A stretch of 64,000 nucleotides of DNA from an uncultured Alphaproteobacteria bacterium (GCA_963697785.1 OY969098.1:1107386-1171385); one strand, 5' to 3'; positions 1 through 11,628 are shown, numbered from the stretch's first letter. The notes: generated from the letters alone by a model not told the origin. Translations and numbers: made by a program.

Positions 1-58
1 CTGGCAAGAAGAGGGTAACGGAAGGTTTCAACTTTTTCATGAGACCATTCCTCGGCAG

Positions 59-697
59 TTGATGGAGGCACTGTATTCCAATGGAGCGACGTTGGTCCGC
101 GCGCAGGGGCCACATATGGTGCCTCATCCGAGCATGACGCCGTTCTTTATGATGGAGGCACTGAGAGAGCGGCGGTTTCGCCGACCTATTGCACTTTATC
201 GTAGACCGCTCGCAAATTTTGCGCTGACAATGACTAGCGCACGCGATGAAAATATCGTGGAGAAAGTCGGTGGTTTGGCCTTGCTCGTGCGCTCACACTT
301 AAAGCAAAATTATGTATCGCGCGACTTCATTCGAGCTGCCTGGAAGCATGATTGGCAGGCTGGGAGATACTCGTTGAGGGCTATAGTGATCGGGGCAGTC
401 CTATCAGGTCGCAGCGTATTTGTGATTGGATCAATACTGGGCAAAGAATTGTTTATGACCGTCCTATGGTTCTTAATCCATCCGTTCTTATTCGTTCGCA
501 TAGTTAGATATGTGATTAATGATCGAGACTTAGCTTCATTTATGGCGGATTTGAGACGGGAGCGGCCGAACGTCCGGGATTTGCCGATTCTACTGAAAAA
601 CGTTGAGTTTGTGGCGCAAAAATATTTTGGCTTTCACGCCGCGTCACACTTTCATGCGTTCGTGGTCGTGTTAGGCAAATGCGCATGGAGTTCCTAA
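59..697 (+). CDS. hypothetical protein, possibly membrane-associated
   Basis: 212-aa track ORF with a hydrophobic stretch AIVIGAVLSGRSVFVIGSILGKELFMTVLWFLIHPFLFV. I recognise no motif. Confidence 0.25.
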   Translation: MMEALYSNGATLVRAQGPHMVPHPSMTPFFMMEALRERRFRRPIALYRRPLANFALTMTSARDENIVEKVGGLALLVRSHLKQNYVSRDFIRAAWKHDWQAGRYSLRAIVIGAVLSGRSVFVIGSILGKELFMTVLWFLIHPFLFVRIVRYVINDRDLASFMADLRRERPNVRDLPILLKNVEFVAQKYFGFHAASHFHAFVVVLGKCAWSS

Positions 698-1677
698 ACA
701 GCTCGCGACGTCGGCGACGTCGGGAGCGCGGTCGAGAACAGCAGCCGCCTCCGGATGTCTACAAGCAAGTTGTCGATGACAAGCCGGATCTACCGAATGT
801 GCAAGCCTGCGCAGTGACGGGAAATGATTTGTGGTCCGCACTTTTCGCGCAAAGGAACTGCCGCGAGGGCCCGTCGCGAAAAGTCGGGAGAGTTCGTTTC
901 TTCCTCGATAAAACGCACAGTGTCGCGATGGAACGGCATCCGGAATCTGAGAAAATACCGAATGATTTCACTTTCGATTGGTGTCCGGAACTTGAACAGC
1001 TCTATTCATCCAGCCAGATAATCGGGAGTACAGGAAAAGTCTTCGAAAACCTTGGTTCGCTATCTACACGACGGAACATATATTTTATTAGACGCATAAT
1101 GATGGATTACAAGCCAACGCGAACGCTTGAGGTTGGGCTCGCTTTCGGCGCATCCGCGATGGCTTTTGCAGCGTGCCACAACGAGCGCGGTAATTCAACC
1201 TTCGGAGTTCATACCGCGATAGACCTTGCCCAAACAAGCTACTGGGACAACGTCGGCAATCGCCAGTTGGAGCGAGCCGGGCTCTCAGGCTTAGTCAGAA
1301 CTATAGAGCTACCGTCCGCTATTGCGCTCGCGCAATTGTTATCTGCACGTTGTGAAAAGTTTGATCTTATATACATAGATGGATCTCATCAATTTGAAGA
1401 TGTATTTGTTGATTTCTATTGGAGCAGCAGGCTTTTGAATTTAGGCGGTCTTGTGTTATTCGACGATTGTGCAGACCCAAACGTTGGAAAGGTGCTTAGA
1501 TTTATTCGCCGAAACTGTATGGACGCGTTCGTGCCATTCTCTTTAGAGAGATATCTCGAAGCGCCTCTGGAGCGATTACGTCGAAGGCTCGCGGCTTTTG
1601 CAGGAAGAGTGCAAATGAGAGCATTTAGAAAACTGCGTGACGACACGCCTACGAGCCGGAGTTTTGTCGATTTCTAG
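679..1677 (+). CDS. class I SAM-dependent methyltransferase (O-methyltransferase family-3-like)
   Basis: Motif-I-like LEVGLAFGASAMAFA, then IYIDGSHQFEDVFVDF and GGLVLFDDC. The Arg-rich N-terminus suggests the true start is internal. Confidence 0.65.
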   Translation: MRMEFLNSSRRRRRRERGREQQPPPDVYKQVVDDKPDLPNVQACAVTGNDLWSALFAQRNCREGPSRKVGRVRFFLDKTHSVAMERHPESEKIPNDFTFDWCPELEQLYSSSQIIGSTGKVFENLGSLSTRRNIYFIRRIMMDYKPTRTLEVGLAFGASAMAFAACHNERGNSTFGVHTAIDLAQTSYWDNVGNRQLERAGLSGLVRTIELPSAIALAQLLSARCEKFDLIYIDGSHQFEDVFVDFYWSSRLLNLGGLVLFDDCADPNVGKVLRFIRRNCMDAFVPFSLERYLEAPLERLRRRLAAFAGRVQMRAFRKLRDDTPTSRSFVDF

Positions 1678-1724
1678 CGGAGCGCTCATAAGAACATAAT
1701 ATTTGAGCAAACCCTGGGCCTGAC

Positions 1725-2666
1725 ATGCAGGCAGAAACACACCAAATTAGCGTGATCGTGCCAACGATTGGGCGGCCGAAATCGCTCGAGAGGTTGCTTG
1801 GCTCGCTTGCGGTTCAGACCTCGCACGTCCACGAGGTTGTAATCGCGGATGGTAGCGAAAGGGAAGATACAGCCCTACTCGTCGCCAATCCCCGCTGGGC
1901 GCGTTGCGGACTGGATGTCAAGCGCATCACGGTTCATCCTCCTGATGCCGTACGGCAACGGGAGGCAGCGATTTCAGCATCGAGAGGAGCGCTTCTCCTG
2001 ATGCTCGACGACGACGTTGAGCTCGGGACAATCTGCATCGAAGAGATGCTGAAGGCGCTCAACGAGAACCCAGGTGCCGTGGCGGTCATGGCTGATTTCA
2101 GCAATCAACCTTGGCCAATGCCTACCCGGGTTTGGCGCCTGTATCTTCGGCTCGTGCATAGGCTGAAGGACGGGGAATGGCAGGGACGCGTTATTGGCCC
2201 GTTGCTGCGTTTTGCCTACAATCCACTTCCGTCAGGGGTCGCGCCCATGGAATGGCTGGGTACCAGTAATAGTCTCCTTTGGCGCAGCGCCTTCGAAGGC
2301 GCGGGTGGATTTTCCGGGTTCTTTCTCAATAGGGCCACCAGCAACGAAGACGTGGATCTCGGGCTCAAGCTGCGGCGCCTGGGGCCCATTTTGTTCTGCC
2401 CGCGGGCGAGAATGGCTCACTACCACGACCCGGGAGGACGACTTTCGCCGTATCTCGCGGCGGAGGACGACATCGTCAACCGTTACATGATCCTTCGCCA
2501 TACGCTCGGCAAATCACGCGCTTTCGCGCTTCGGCAGGTAATGTTATTCATCATTGTTGAGACGGTGAGCGCAGTAGCTGTGATGGCGCGAACGCGGACG
2601 CTGAAGGGATGGGCGACAACGCGAGGGCGCGTGACGGGGTTCGTGCGGGCTCTGCGTGGCTGGTAA
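1725..2666 (+). CDS. family 2 glycosyltransferase
   Basis: ISVIVPTIGRPKSLERLLGSLAVQT at the N-terminus and a DxD region LLLMLDDDVEL. The ORF is intact. Confidence 0.8.
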   Translation: MQAETHQISVIVPTIGRPKSLERLLGSLAVQTSHVHEVVIADGSEREDTALLVANPRWARCGLDVKRITVHPPDAVRQREAAISASRGALLLMLDDDVELGTICIEEMLKALNENPGAVAVMADFSNQPWPMPTRVWRLYLRLVHRLKDGEWQGRVIGPLLRFAYNPLPSGVAPMEWLGTSNSLLWRSAFEGAGGFSGFFLNRATSNEDVDLGLKLRRLGPILFCPRARMAHYHDPGGRLSPYLAAEDDIVNRYMILRHTLGKSRAFALRQVMLFIIVETVSAVAVMARTRTLKGWATTRGRVTGFVRALRGW

Positions 2667-2683
2667 CCACTAGGAGAAATCCG

Positions 2684-3581
2684 TTGTCCGAGCAGCATGT
2701 GCCGATCTCGCGTGAGTGCCTACCGGAGCTATGGGTCTTTCTCGGCGATAGCATAACAGAAGGTGTTGGATCCTCCCGAGTTCAGCTACGTTGAAGAGCT
2801 TGCCAAAGTGCTCCGGCGCCAGGGCCGCAAGGCGGAAACGGTCAGGTTGGGCGGTTGGAATGAGGCTGCATATGGCAGCTCGGTTCCTTACAATTTCGCC
2901 GGATACGCGGTCGCCGATCGCGCTAGGGAAGCCGAGTTGATCCTCTGGAACCTCGCCTGTGAAGGCACGACCGTCGTCGACGATCAACGGTGGGTGTGGT
3001 TCATCAGACTCATGCGCCCGTCGCGGGTATTCGTTCTACGTGGACCCTTGGAGTTTATTATCCGTCCGGCTCATCTCAAGGACGGGGATTGGCCGTTGTG
3101 GATCCCGCGTGGTTGGCGCCACTACGCGGCTTTGGACCCACGCTGCTACTTCAGTGACAGGTGGTGGCGGCGTGCAAAGCAACAGACGATTGACTGGTCG
3201 AAGCAGATCGCACGAAGGCGCCTCCTGGCGGAAAGGTCGGGAGCGCCGCTGGTCGACGATGAGCGGTTCCAAAATGCCTATGTCTGCCTCCTGCACGAAC
3301 TCTCGCGCATCGGCGCTTGGATCGCTTTATTGGGGCTTCCAATGGTTAGCGCGGCGACATTTCCGGGCTCCGAGATTACATTCGCGGCGCGAGATACCTG
3401 GGTCCGCGGGGCCGCGAGAAAGGGCGCCTTGAAATTTATTGATTGGCCCATTCCGATTTCGCCGCAGCAACGCCCTGACTTGTTCTACCGGGATGGGTTT
3501 CATCCGAACTTGAATGGTGCGCAGGCATTCGCTCAGCACCTATTGACGAAGTTGAGCGACCCCAAAAGCGCCCTTGCTTAG
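2684..3581 (+). pseudogene. SGNH/GDSL hydrolase, frame-disrupted near 2780-2790
   Basis: Block I (WVFLGDSITEGVG) lies in the frame of ORF 2609-2794. Block V (FYRDGFHPNLNGAQAF) lies in ORF 2763-3581. An in-frame TTG at 2684 sits 6 nt after AGGAGA. The frames join if one C of a CCC run at about 2787 is removed. Confidence 0.65.
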
Positions 3582-4446
3582 TCATCCCCCGATCACGGCA
3601 ACTGTTACGGCCTACGATCGAATCGACCAGGCGATCGATACGGTCAATCGGCTCCAGGCCTGCACCCCGCCGCCTGACGAAATCATCGTGCACGTAGACG
3701 CCGGGCGGCTCGATTGCGCGAGCGCCATTCGCACCAGTTTTCCCAGGCTGACCGTCCTAATTAGCGAGGATGGTATTGGTCCGGGGGGCGCCCGAAATCG
3801 GTTGATGAGAGCAGCAAGGAATGATCTGGTCGCCACTTTCGACGATGATTCCTATCCGTTCGACACAGACTTCTTTGCGCGGGCGGCCGAGCTCTTCTGT
3901 CGATTTCCCGATGTCTCCCTGTTCGCGGCGCGCGTCTTTCATCCGGGCGAAACTGTCGAGCCCGCCACGCGCGAGGTTAGGCTGACCGGGAGTTTTAGTG
4001 GCTGCGGGGTCGTCTTTCGCCGCATGGATCTAATCGAGGCGGGGAGCTATCTACCCTTGCCAATCGCCTACGGTGCGGAGGAAGAAGACATGGCGCTTCG
4101 ACTTTTTGATCGCGGCCGAATTCTGATGCGCACTGCCTGGTTGCGTGTATTCCACGATTTGCGATTGTCTCACCATGGCCGGGCGGAGATAAACGCGCAA
4201 ACCTTGGCGAATATTGGCTTGGTCGCTTTCCTTCGCTATCCGCCAATGTACTGGCCCTTCGGGCTGGCGCAGGTCGGTAACCGAATCCGCTGGTGTCTTA
4301 ATGTCGGGCGAACGAAGGGCCTTATTTCTGGCCTGACACTCATGCCGTTACTTGCGTGGCGGTTCCGGGGCATGCGCACCCCTGTCGGACGTGAAGCGAT
4401 CCGCCGCAAGCGAAGCGCCGATCTGGCGCCCGCCACGATATTCTGA
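3574..4446 (+). CDS. family 2 glycosyltransferase
   Basis: ITATVTAYDRIDQAIDTVNRLQ, GPGGARNRL and a DxD-like ATFDDDSYPF. The ORF is intact. Confidence 0.7.
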   Translation: MLSHPPITATVTAYDRIDQAIDTVNRLQACTPPPDEIIVHVDAGRLDCASAIRTSFPRLTVLISEDGIGPGGARNRLMRAARNDLVATFDDDSYPFDTDFFARAAELFCRFPDVSLFAARVFHPGETVEPATREVRLTGSFSGCGVVFRRMDLIEAGSYLPLPIAYGAEEEDMALRLFDRGRILMRTAWLRVFHDLRLSHHGRAEINAQTLANIGLVAFLRYPPMYWPFGLAQVGNRIRWCLNVGRTKGLISGLTLMPLLAWRFRGMRTPVGREAIRRKRSADLAPATIF

Positions 4447-4638
4447 TGGCCTGTGGTTCGCGAGAACCCGGACATGGACAAACCGGGCCAAAGAGTTGAG
4501 CTACTAAACATCGACCCGGATTTCTCAATGTGCGGCTGCAGGTAATCGCCACTCGCCAGATCACTAGCGCCTTATGAGCCAAGGCCACACTGATGAGAGG
4601 GGACATTTGCCACGGCTTCACGCCGGTCAGAATCAATC

Positions 4639-5760
4639 GTGTCTCAATTGAAGACGAACATCTTGCCGAGCGTGGTGGTAGTTCAAGCCGGTGCCCGGCA
4701 CAATTACGCGATCGCTCGAATATTGCGACAGCGCGGCGCTCTTCTAGGATTGATCACGGATTTTGGTTGGAGCGAATCCTCGAAGTATCGACCCATCTTG
4801 AATACTCTTGGCAAACACGCGCCAGGACTGGACAGAAGGCGGATACCGGAGCTCACTGTCGACCAGGTAAAGGCAATTTGGGGGGCAAGTCTGCTGAGCG
4901 TTAGCTCCCGGGTCTTCGGAAAAGCAATGGACAGATTGGCGGAAACCTGGTTCGACGCGCGTTGCGGCCGTCTCTGGCTTGACGAGGCTAACATCATATA
5001 TTCCGTTCCACTCAGATCCGAGGGGGAGTACTTAAACCGGGCGCGGCAGAACGGTTTGATGGTTGCTTCTGAGGTGTTCATAACACCCGTTGCACATCGC
5101 ATAATCGCTGAGGAGCAGCGCGCCTACCCTGGTTGGGACGATGTCTCCCAGGAAGGGGTGCCTCCAGAGGTGATGGAGGCCCACATAATTCGGGTTATTC
5201 GACAGTCAGACCTTCTGATTTGCCCATCGGAGTTCGTAATTGACGGACTCCAATGCTTCCAAGAATTCGATCGGCGAAAATCCGTTGTTATTCCGTACGG
5301 TAATGCGTCGAGGCCTCGTCCATCGGCTGCTCCAGAGAAAGGTCGCGTCTTGTTTGCAGGGACCGCCAATTTACGAAAGGGAATCCACTATCTTGCTCTT
5401 GCGGCCCGCATTTTGAGCTCACGAGCTCCTCAGTTTAAGATCTATGTTGCCGGGAAAGTAAACGCAGCCCTGCGGTTGAAACCCGAATGTAAATGCCTAC
5501 ACTTCCTGGGGCAGCTGAGCGCTCCCCAAATGGCAGCAGAATTCAGTCGAGCCGATATCTTCGTGTTGCCTACCTTGGCCGAGGGATCGGCTAGCGTGAT
5601 TAACGAAGCGCTGGCATCGAGTGTCCCGGTTGTGACGACACTCGCGGCCGGTTCGATCGTTCGGGATGGCGCCGAAGGGCTCATCGTACCCGGTAGAGAT
5701 GCCGAGGCCATCGTACAAGCTATCTTGCGCATTGGCTTGGATCGCGAGCTTCGAGACTAA
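4639..5760 (+). CDS. family 4 (group 1) glycosyltransferase
   Basis: GTANLRKGIHYL, FVLPTLAEGSASVINEALASSVPVVTT and EGLIVP. A GT4-like C-terminal tail (MSLRAAQAISARDQQRWGDELMEAL) continues in another frame to about 5899, so a 3' frameshift is possible. Confidence 0.75.
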   Translation: MSQLKTNILPSVVVVQAGARHNYAIARILRQRGALLGLITDFGWSESSKYRPILNTLGKHAPGLDRRRIPELTVDQVKAIWGASLLSVSSRVFGKAMDRLAETWFDARCGRLWLDEANIIYSVPLRSEGEYLNRARQNGLMVASEVFITPVAHRIIAEEQRAYPGWDDVSQEGVPPEVMEAHIIRVIRQSDLLICPSEFVIDGLQCFQEFDRRKSVVIPYGNASRPRPSAAPEKGRVLFAGTANLRKGIHYLALAARILSSRAPQFKIYVAGKVNAALRLKPECKCLHFLGQLSAPQMAAEFSRADIFVLPTLAEGSASVINEALASSVPVVTTLAAGSIVRDGAEGLIVPGRDAEAIVQAILRIGLDRELRD

Positions 5761-5996
5761 TGAGTTTACGCGCAGCACAGGCAATTAGCGCGCGGGATCA
5801 ACAGCGTTGGGGCGACGAACTTATGGAGGCGCTAAGCGGACTAATAAATGCGGGGGATAGTTGTCTGGCCCCAAAAGCAGCTCATCACTCGGAAAGGTGA
5901 CTATGACTCTGGTCGTCGGGCAAGTTCGCTCGAAAGAATGCTTTCTCACTACAAAGTGTAGTTCGCAGGGTTAGTGAAACGGAATGGTGACCGCGC

Positions 5997-7450
5997 ATGC
6001 CGGTATTGCCTGATGGCTACTTCTTCGCGGTACTAGCGTTCGCTTGCGTGTCTGCGATCGGGCTGCTCCGCCTAAATACGTCGTGGGGCATACCATACAC
6101 AGCCACCGCGTTTACAATAGGTGGTTGGTATCTAATCGAGCCTGTCTATTTTTCTCATGAATTTAGATTGCTCGATCTGCGCTATGTCGAAGCTGCTTTT
6201 GACAACGTTGTGGTATTTTTTGTGGCGTTTGCCATCGTAACTCCGATCTTGGCGCACAAATTCAAGTGTGGTCGCGCAAGGCTGATCGGTACACCAAGCA
6301 TTCCGCCTGAGCATGTCCTAACTATTACTGCAATCATTTGGGTGGCGTTGCTCGCCTATGGAGTGATGCGATTGCGAGGTGACGTTGTAACCGCCCTCTT
6401 CCCGTTAGGTGGACGCTGGACGGGGGACATGTGGGATCGTGCCGGCGCGGCCGCAGCGGGAGCAGAAGGATTTATCGTCTCGATCGCGGGCTACCTTTAC
6501 ATGCTCATGCTGGCGTCCTTTGGAGTCCTCTTATTTATCGTACGAAAAAAAGCTATCGCGCCTTTGCGCTGGCTCTAATTCTGGTTTCGTGGCCATATGC
6601 ATTCCTCCAGGGAACGCGCAATGTAACGCTGTTCGTGGTTGTCCCGGGGATTATGTACTATGTCTTGTTCTTTAAAAGTCCCAAGATCGTTAAAGCACTG
6701 ATCGTCGTTCCGATATTCCTAATACTCGAATTGGCGCTACGAGGAATTGTCGCCTACCGCGACGTGGGTTATGAAAACATCCAACTTGCAAAGGTGGAGG
6801 GAGCGCAGCATCTCGGCTTGAATATGGCCTCCGAACTTGTTTATTCATTGAGCTTTGTTGATCGGGGTGTGATGCGCTTGAGTTATGGAGGAGAGTACTT
6901 CCAAGAAATCGTGAACTTTATACCACGAGCCATTTGGCGAGATAAGCCGCTTCTGGGTATAGACTATTCGATCGCACGAGGGTTCGGGCTCCCTTTTGGG
7001 GATGCCGTTAATGATACAGGCGTGGTTGCAACGATAGCTCCGGGTGTGATCGGACAAGGCGTCTTAAACTTTGGCCCAATCCTGGGGGCGATAGTCGCGG
7101 CATTATTGATGGGCTTGTGGGTGGCTTTTCTAGCGCGCCTTCGCGCTCAAGGTACCTTGCTTCGCACCATTTTGTTTCTGCTCGGGCTTGGCCTGACCTT
7201 CAATCTAGGGCGAGGCATCACATTGCTTGTGCTCTGGCCGATGGTATTTGGGTACATCGGCGTTCGCCTCCTCGAACATGTTGAACACGAACGCATGCGC
7301 CTAACTAAGCGGACAATACAGAGATCCCCGCACACGGAATTCCGCACGATTGGACGAAGCTCCGTCAATGTCACGGGGCCAAAACCCTCGAACAACTCGT
7401 CCCGTCCCAATCCTGCACGTTCTAGCTCCCCAAATTCTCTGTCTAATTAA
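5997..7450 (+). pseudogene. Wzy-like O-antigen/EPS polymerase (polytopic membrane protein), frame break at an A7 tract
   Basis: ORFs 5997-6578 and 6431-7450 are both multi-TM and overlap. The reading frame switches at aaaaaaa (6545-6551). The family call rests on topology and context only. Confidence 0.5.
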
Positions 7451-7489
7451 TTATCGCAAGCCTAAGATCGTCGTCTTAAGGCCTCTTTG

Positions 7490-7688
7490 ATGAAAGTCGC
7501 CGTTGTCTTTAATCACCTCGGACCTTATCACATTGCCTAGAATATCAGCCGCCGCGCGGCGCTGCGAATTGCTAGCGATTCGGATTGAAGGACGCGCCTT
7601 GGGAGGTAACTTTGTTGTGGCGATGGTATATCGTCTGACGTTAGCTGCAGAAATTGTTAGACGGCATGTGAGCTTGCGAAAAACCTAG
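7490..7688 (+). pseudogene. N-terminal fragment of a glycosyltransferase paralogous to the gene at 8870
   Basis: MKVAVVFNHLGPYHIA then a stop, continuing RISAAARRCELLAIRIEGR in a second frame. Compare MRIGVIFNNFGPYHIARLSALARR..LAIEVVGR at 8870. Confidence 0.45.
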
Positions 7689-7720
7689 ACTTATATGCCT
7701 CTATGCAAATAGAATAATGT

Positions 7721-8449
7721 TCAGCATTGGAGAGGGGGCGTCACAAGGGAATCCAAGAGCGCCAATGGTCGAAGCGGCAATATTACGATCCAGCCGAATA
7801 GTGGGTGAATTTTTGCTCCCGTTCTCATGATCCAGGTAAGCTTTTGGCTCATGACGCCGCCGCAAAAGGACAGCTCTTGGCATCTCAGCCCGGATTGCTC
7901 GATTAGTTCCAGCAGCATCGAGCGCGTGTAACCGCGTCGCACGTGCCACCCGGTCTCCGTGGCGCAGAACGGACCGTTGTCCGGGCTCGTAATTGCACGA
8001 TAATAGAAGTTGGGAGTGGTTAGCAAAAGACGACCACCTGGTTTGAAGCACGTCGCAATGCTCCGCAAAAGTCGGGCGTCGTCAAGAATGTGTTTGATGT
8101 TTTCGGCGCAGATGGCGACATCGAACCCTTCCCGATATTCGGTACACCGGTCAAGCTCCCGCACATCCAGAACGGTGAAGGTAGCTCGCTTTGCACCGCA
8201 TAGAGAGGCGCGCCGGACAGCCTCTGCATTGTTTCGCTCGTCCCAGCTCAATCCATGCGAAGTGTAGCCTCTCAAAGCCGCTCCTATCGTGAATGCGCCA
8301 GTGCCGCATCCAATATCCAACAGCTTCTCTCCGTTCGCGGTGATAGGTAGGCGATGTTTGAGCCAACGCCAACGATCCCAAACTAGGGTGTCGCCGTGAA
8401 TTAGAGTGGCGGGAAAGCCAAACAACCTCACTAAGAGAGATTTGTCCAT
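7721..8449 (-). CDS. class I SAM-dependent methyltransferase
   Basis: LLDIGCGTGAFTIGAALRGY (motif I), FDVAICAENIKHI and KPGGRLLLTTPN. The ORF is intact. Confidence 0.75.
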   Translation of the reverse strand: MDKSLLVRLFGFPATLIHGDTLVWDRWRWLKHRLPITANGEKLLDIGCGTGAFTIGAALRGYTSHGLSWDERNNAEAVRRASLCGAKRATFTVLDVRELDRCTEYREGFDVAICAENIKHILDDARLLRSIATCFKPGGRLLLTTPNFYYRAITSPDNGPFCATETGWHVRRGYTRSMLLELIEQSGLRCQELSFCGGVMSQKLTWIMRTGAKIHPLFGWIVILPLRPLALLDSLVTPPLQC

Positions 8450-8869
8450 GAGGGTCTTTTCAGAATTGATACGGCTCCATTCGAATTCCTCTGCGCACCA
8501 AGGTGTTACTAGCAGCTCCTGGGTCCGTCCGGCAGGTGCATAAGAATGCGTGCAGTACGATCTTTGTCGCCGCAGGTCGAAGCATTACTTCAGGCCGTTC
8601 GCAACGGGGATATTTTCGTGAGGTACTCAAGAAACCTGGCTCGCTGTGATTCTCGGCGAGAGCGAGCCTGAGGCTTCCAATGTAGCTTTGATGTTCTGGA
8701 AAGTTGCTTGCTATTTCTAGGCTTTTTTCAACCAGAAGGTCGATATGAATAACGAAGGTAAAGGAAGGCACCGAATTTCCGTCGGCGCCGTTACGCAATG
8801 GGCCGTAGAACGCCCCCGCTTTTATCCAAAGTCATATGCTGACCGCCTTTGGCTACACCACGTCGAGTT

Positions 8870-10078
8870 ATGAGAATTGGCGTTATTTTCAATAACTTTG
8901 GCCCCTATCACATTGCTCGCCTCTCTGCTCTCGCGCGACGGCTATATGTTAGCGATCGAAGTAGTAGGACGAAGCGCGGAATATGGCTGGAATCTAGCGG
9001 AGAGTGTGCCATTCGAGCGGAAGACACTGTTCGCTTCGGAGAGCTCTTCTGATTTCAGTGCCAGAGAATACCTTCGCCGCCTGGATCGGGAGCTTTCGCT
9101 TTTTAATCCCGATGTTCTCGCTGATCCCAGGTTGGTGTGGATTGGACGCCCTTCAAGCGATGGATTGGGCTCAGAGGCGGCGCGTGCCTGTCGTCGTTAT
9201 GTCCGAGAGCCAACGGGATGACTTAAAGAGGTCGCGTCTTAGAGAATGGTTGAAAGCTCGTTACTTACAAAATTGCCAAGCAGCGCTCGTTGGGGGATCG
9301 CCGCATCGGGAATATCTTGAATATCTCGGAATGGATCCGGCGCGCATTTGGTGCGGGTATGACGCTGTCGACAACGCCTTCTTCAGTATCCACGCGGATG
9401 CGGCAAAGGCTGACGCCTCAGCCTTGCGCCATCAGTATGATCTGCCCGAACGGTTCTTTCTCGCGTCGGCACGTTTCATCCCGAAAAAAAATCTGCTTGC
9501 CCTAATCAGAGCGTATCAGCTTTATCGCCGCAAAGCGGAAAGCAAAAGGTCCGGAAGCAGCGGCTGGGAGCTAGTTCTGCTAGGTGACGGTATTTTGCGC
9601 CAATCATTGGAAGCCGAAGTGGCGACATTTGGGTTCGCCGGCAACGTGAAGATGCCAGGCTTTCAGCAGTATAGCGACCTTCCTGCCTATTATGGCCTGG
9701 CCGACGCATTTGTCATGCCTAGTAACAGAACAATGGGGGCTTGTTGTCAATGAAGCCATGGCGTCCGGCCTGCCAGTATTGGTATCGATTCGTTGTGGAT
9801 GTGCTCCTGATCTCGTCAAGGAAGGGTGCAATGGCTATACTTTTGACCCGTTCGACGTAACAGGCCTAGCTGATTTAATGCTCAGGATTGTCGGACGAAG
9901 GCTTTGACCGCCACGCAATGGGAAAGGCCAGCCGCAAAAATCGCCGAGTGGTCACCCAAACGCTTCGCCCAAAATCTTATCCACGCGGCGAACTATGCTA
10001 TGAGTCTGCCTCAGATGCGACATGACGGCGCTCGATACTCTGATCTTGAAAATGCTGATCGCTCGTTCCTCTTTATGA
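8870..10078 (+). pseudogene. family 4 glycosyltransferase, at least 3 frameshifts (3' end approximate)
   Basis: Pieces lie in three frames: MRIGVIFNNFGPYHIARL, VPVVVMSESQRDD..ALVGGSPHREYL, YYGLADAFVMPS, then EQWGLVVNEAMASGLPVLVS..EGCNGYTFDP. Confidence 0.6.
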
Positions 10079-10111
10079 CAATTTCTGTCAATTGCAAAAC
10101 CATCGGAGAGG

Positions 10112-11324
10112 ATGGGCGACGCGATCGTCACGGATTTCACTAGGTCTATTGACGGGGTCTGCGTCTCGTAATGCGGGTGGGTTCTTTGAGGCGGTGGGCG
10201 GCCTAGCAACTAGTCTAGGAAAAAATAACTGCCATGTAGAGGTTTTCGCGGCCGATGATTTCAATTCGGTTCGCGATCTTCATCGTTGGAAAGGCAGCGA
10301 ACTAGACCGCTTCCAAATCGTTGGCCCCAGAAGGGTTCAAGTATGCGCCCGGTTTGCGAGCCCGATTAAATGCGGCGAGCCTCTATGTTCTTCATTCGCA
10401 TGGCCTGTGGATGTACTCGTCTATACCCTCTGACGCGATGGGCCCGGACGCATCGAAGGCCGCTTGTTGTGTCGGCGCATGGCATGCTGGATCCGTGGGC
10501 AATGAAGAATTCTCGTATAAAGAAGCGCCTTGCCACGCTCCTTTATGAGGGACGCCCACTTGCAGCAGGCCCGTTCGCCCGCATGCTCTGTCCGAATGCC
10601 GAAGCTATGGCATTCCATGGCTATGGCCTTAGAAAATCAATCTGTGTCATACCTAACGGGCTCGATTTGCCAGGCGCCCGCGGTGAACCCCCCTCCGTCT
10701 TGGGACCGAAACGCTGCCCAAAGGGGCTGAGGTTTTCCTTTATCTCGGTCGTATTCATCCAAAGAAGGGCCTGCGACCGCTTCTCTAAGTGGGCTGCGAC
10801 AAAGCATTGCAGCAGGGATCGTCGACGTGTTGTGTTTCTCGTTGTGGCAGGTTGGGATCAAGGTGGCCATCTTCATAGAATTACGGGCACTAGTCTGATC
10901 AACTGGGATTGAAGGAACGGGTGCGCTTCGTTGGGCCACAGTTTGACGACGATAAGAAAAAGTCGTTCGAAAGGGCTGACGCATTCGTCTTGCCATCTCT
11001 TAAGCGAGGGGTTGCCTATGGCTGTCTTGGAAGCTTGGTCTTATGGGCTCCCGGTGCTAATGACACCGATACTGTAATTTGCCCATAGGGTTTAAAGTGG
11101 GCGCCGCGATAGCTATGGGACCCCAGCCCAGAAAGTATTTCGCACGCCATTGGAGTGCTTTCAGCGCTAACTGACTCCGATCGTTAACGAATGGGGAAAG
11201 CAGGCCGCGCCTTAGTAGCCGACATGTATACCCTTGGGATAGGGTAACCGTGAAAGTACGGGAAATGTATTATTGGGCGCTCGGCGGAGGGCCTCTACCG
11301 AGTTCTTTTGATGCTTACCTGTAG
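10112..11324 (+). pseudogene. family 4 glycosyltransferase, at least 4 frameshifts
   Basis: ATG at 10112 follows GGAGAGG. Fragments are GGFFEAVGGLATSLGKNNCHVEVF, RPLVVSAHGMLDPWAMKNSRIKK, VIPNGLDLP, ADAFVLPSLSEGLPMAVLEAWSYGLPVLMTP and a terminal REMYYWALGGGP, spread over all three frames. Confidence 0.6.
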
Positions 11325-11326
11325 CT

Positions 11327-11628
11327 GTGGCAGAGCGTCAGATGCTCATAAGTGAACAGGTCATCTCCAAGCGCAATAAGATTAGCCGCTTCTGTTGGAA
11401 TGTCGTTTGGCTTACCTTCTTTACAGACCGTCGCCTGTCGCTTTGCATTCATGGCGATGCTTACTTTTGCGCCTTTTCGGCGCCGCTATTTGTAGTGCAT
11501 CACTATTCGAGTCGGTACACGGCAATGGGGTTGCCGTTTATGGTCCTGGCGGCGTACGACTGGGCATATTCATCGCGCAACGCGGTGGAAATGGTCTGTG
11601 CGAAGTCTCCGGCGCTTGTGTCAGGTGA
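11327..11628 (+). pseudogene. WcaF-like polysaccharide O-acetyltransferase, N-terminal remnant
   Basis: RFCWNVVWLTFF and WRCLLLRLFGAAI lie in two frames and resemble the N-terminal segment of WcaF-type acetyltransferases. No hexapeptide-repeat body follows. Minus-strand coding starts at 11503. Confidence 0.35.

Noticed and set aside
8460-8798. A 112-aa minus-strand ORF upstream of the methyltransferase at 7721-8449, as an operon partner.
   Set aside because: It has no motif, no clear ribosome-binding site and a Cys/Arg-rich tail typical of non-coding read-through. I left it unannotated.
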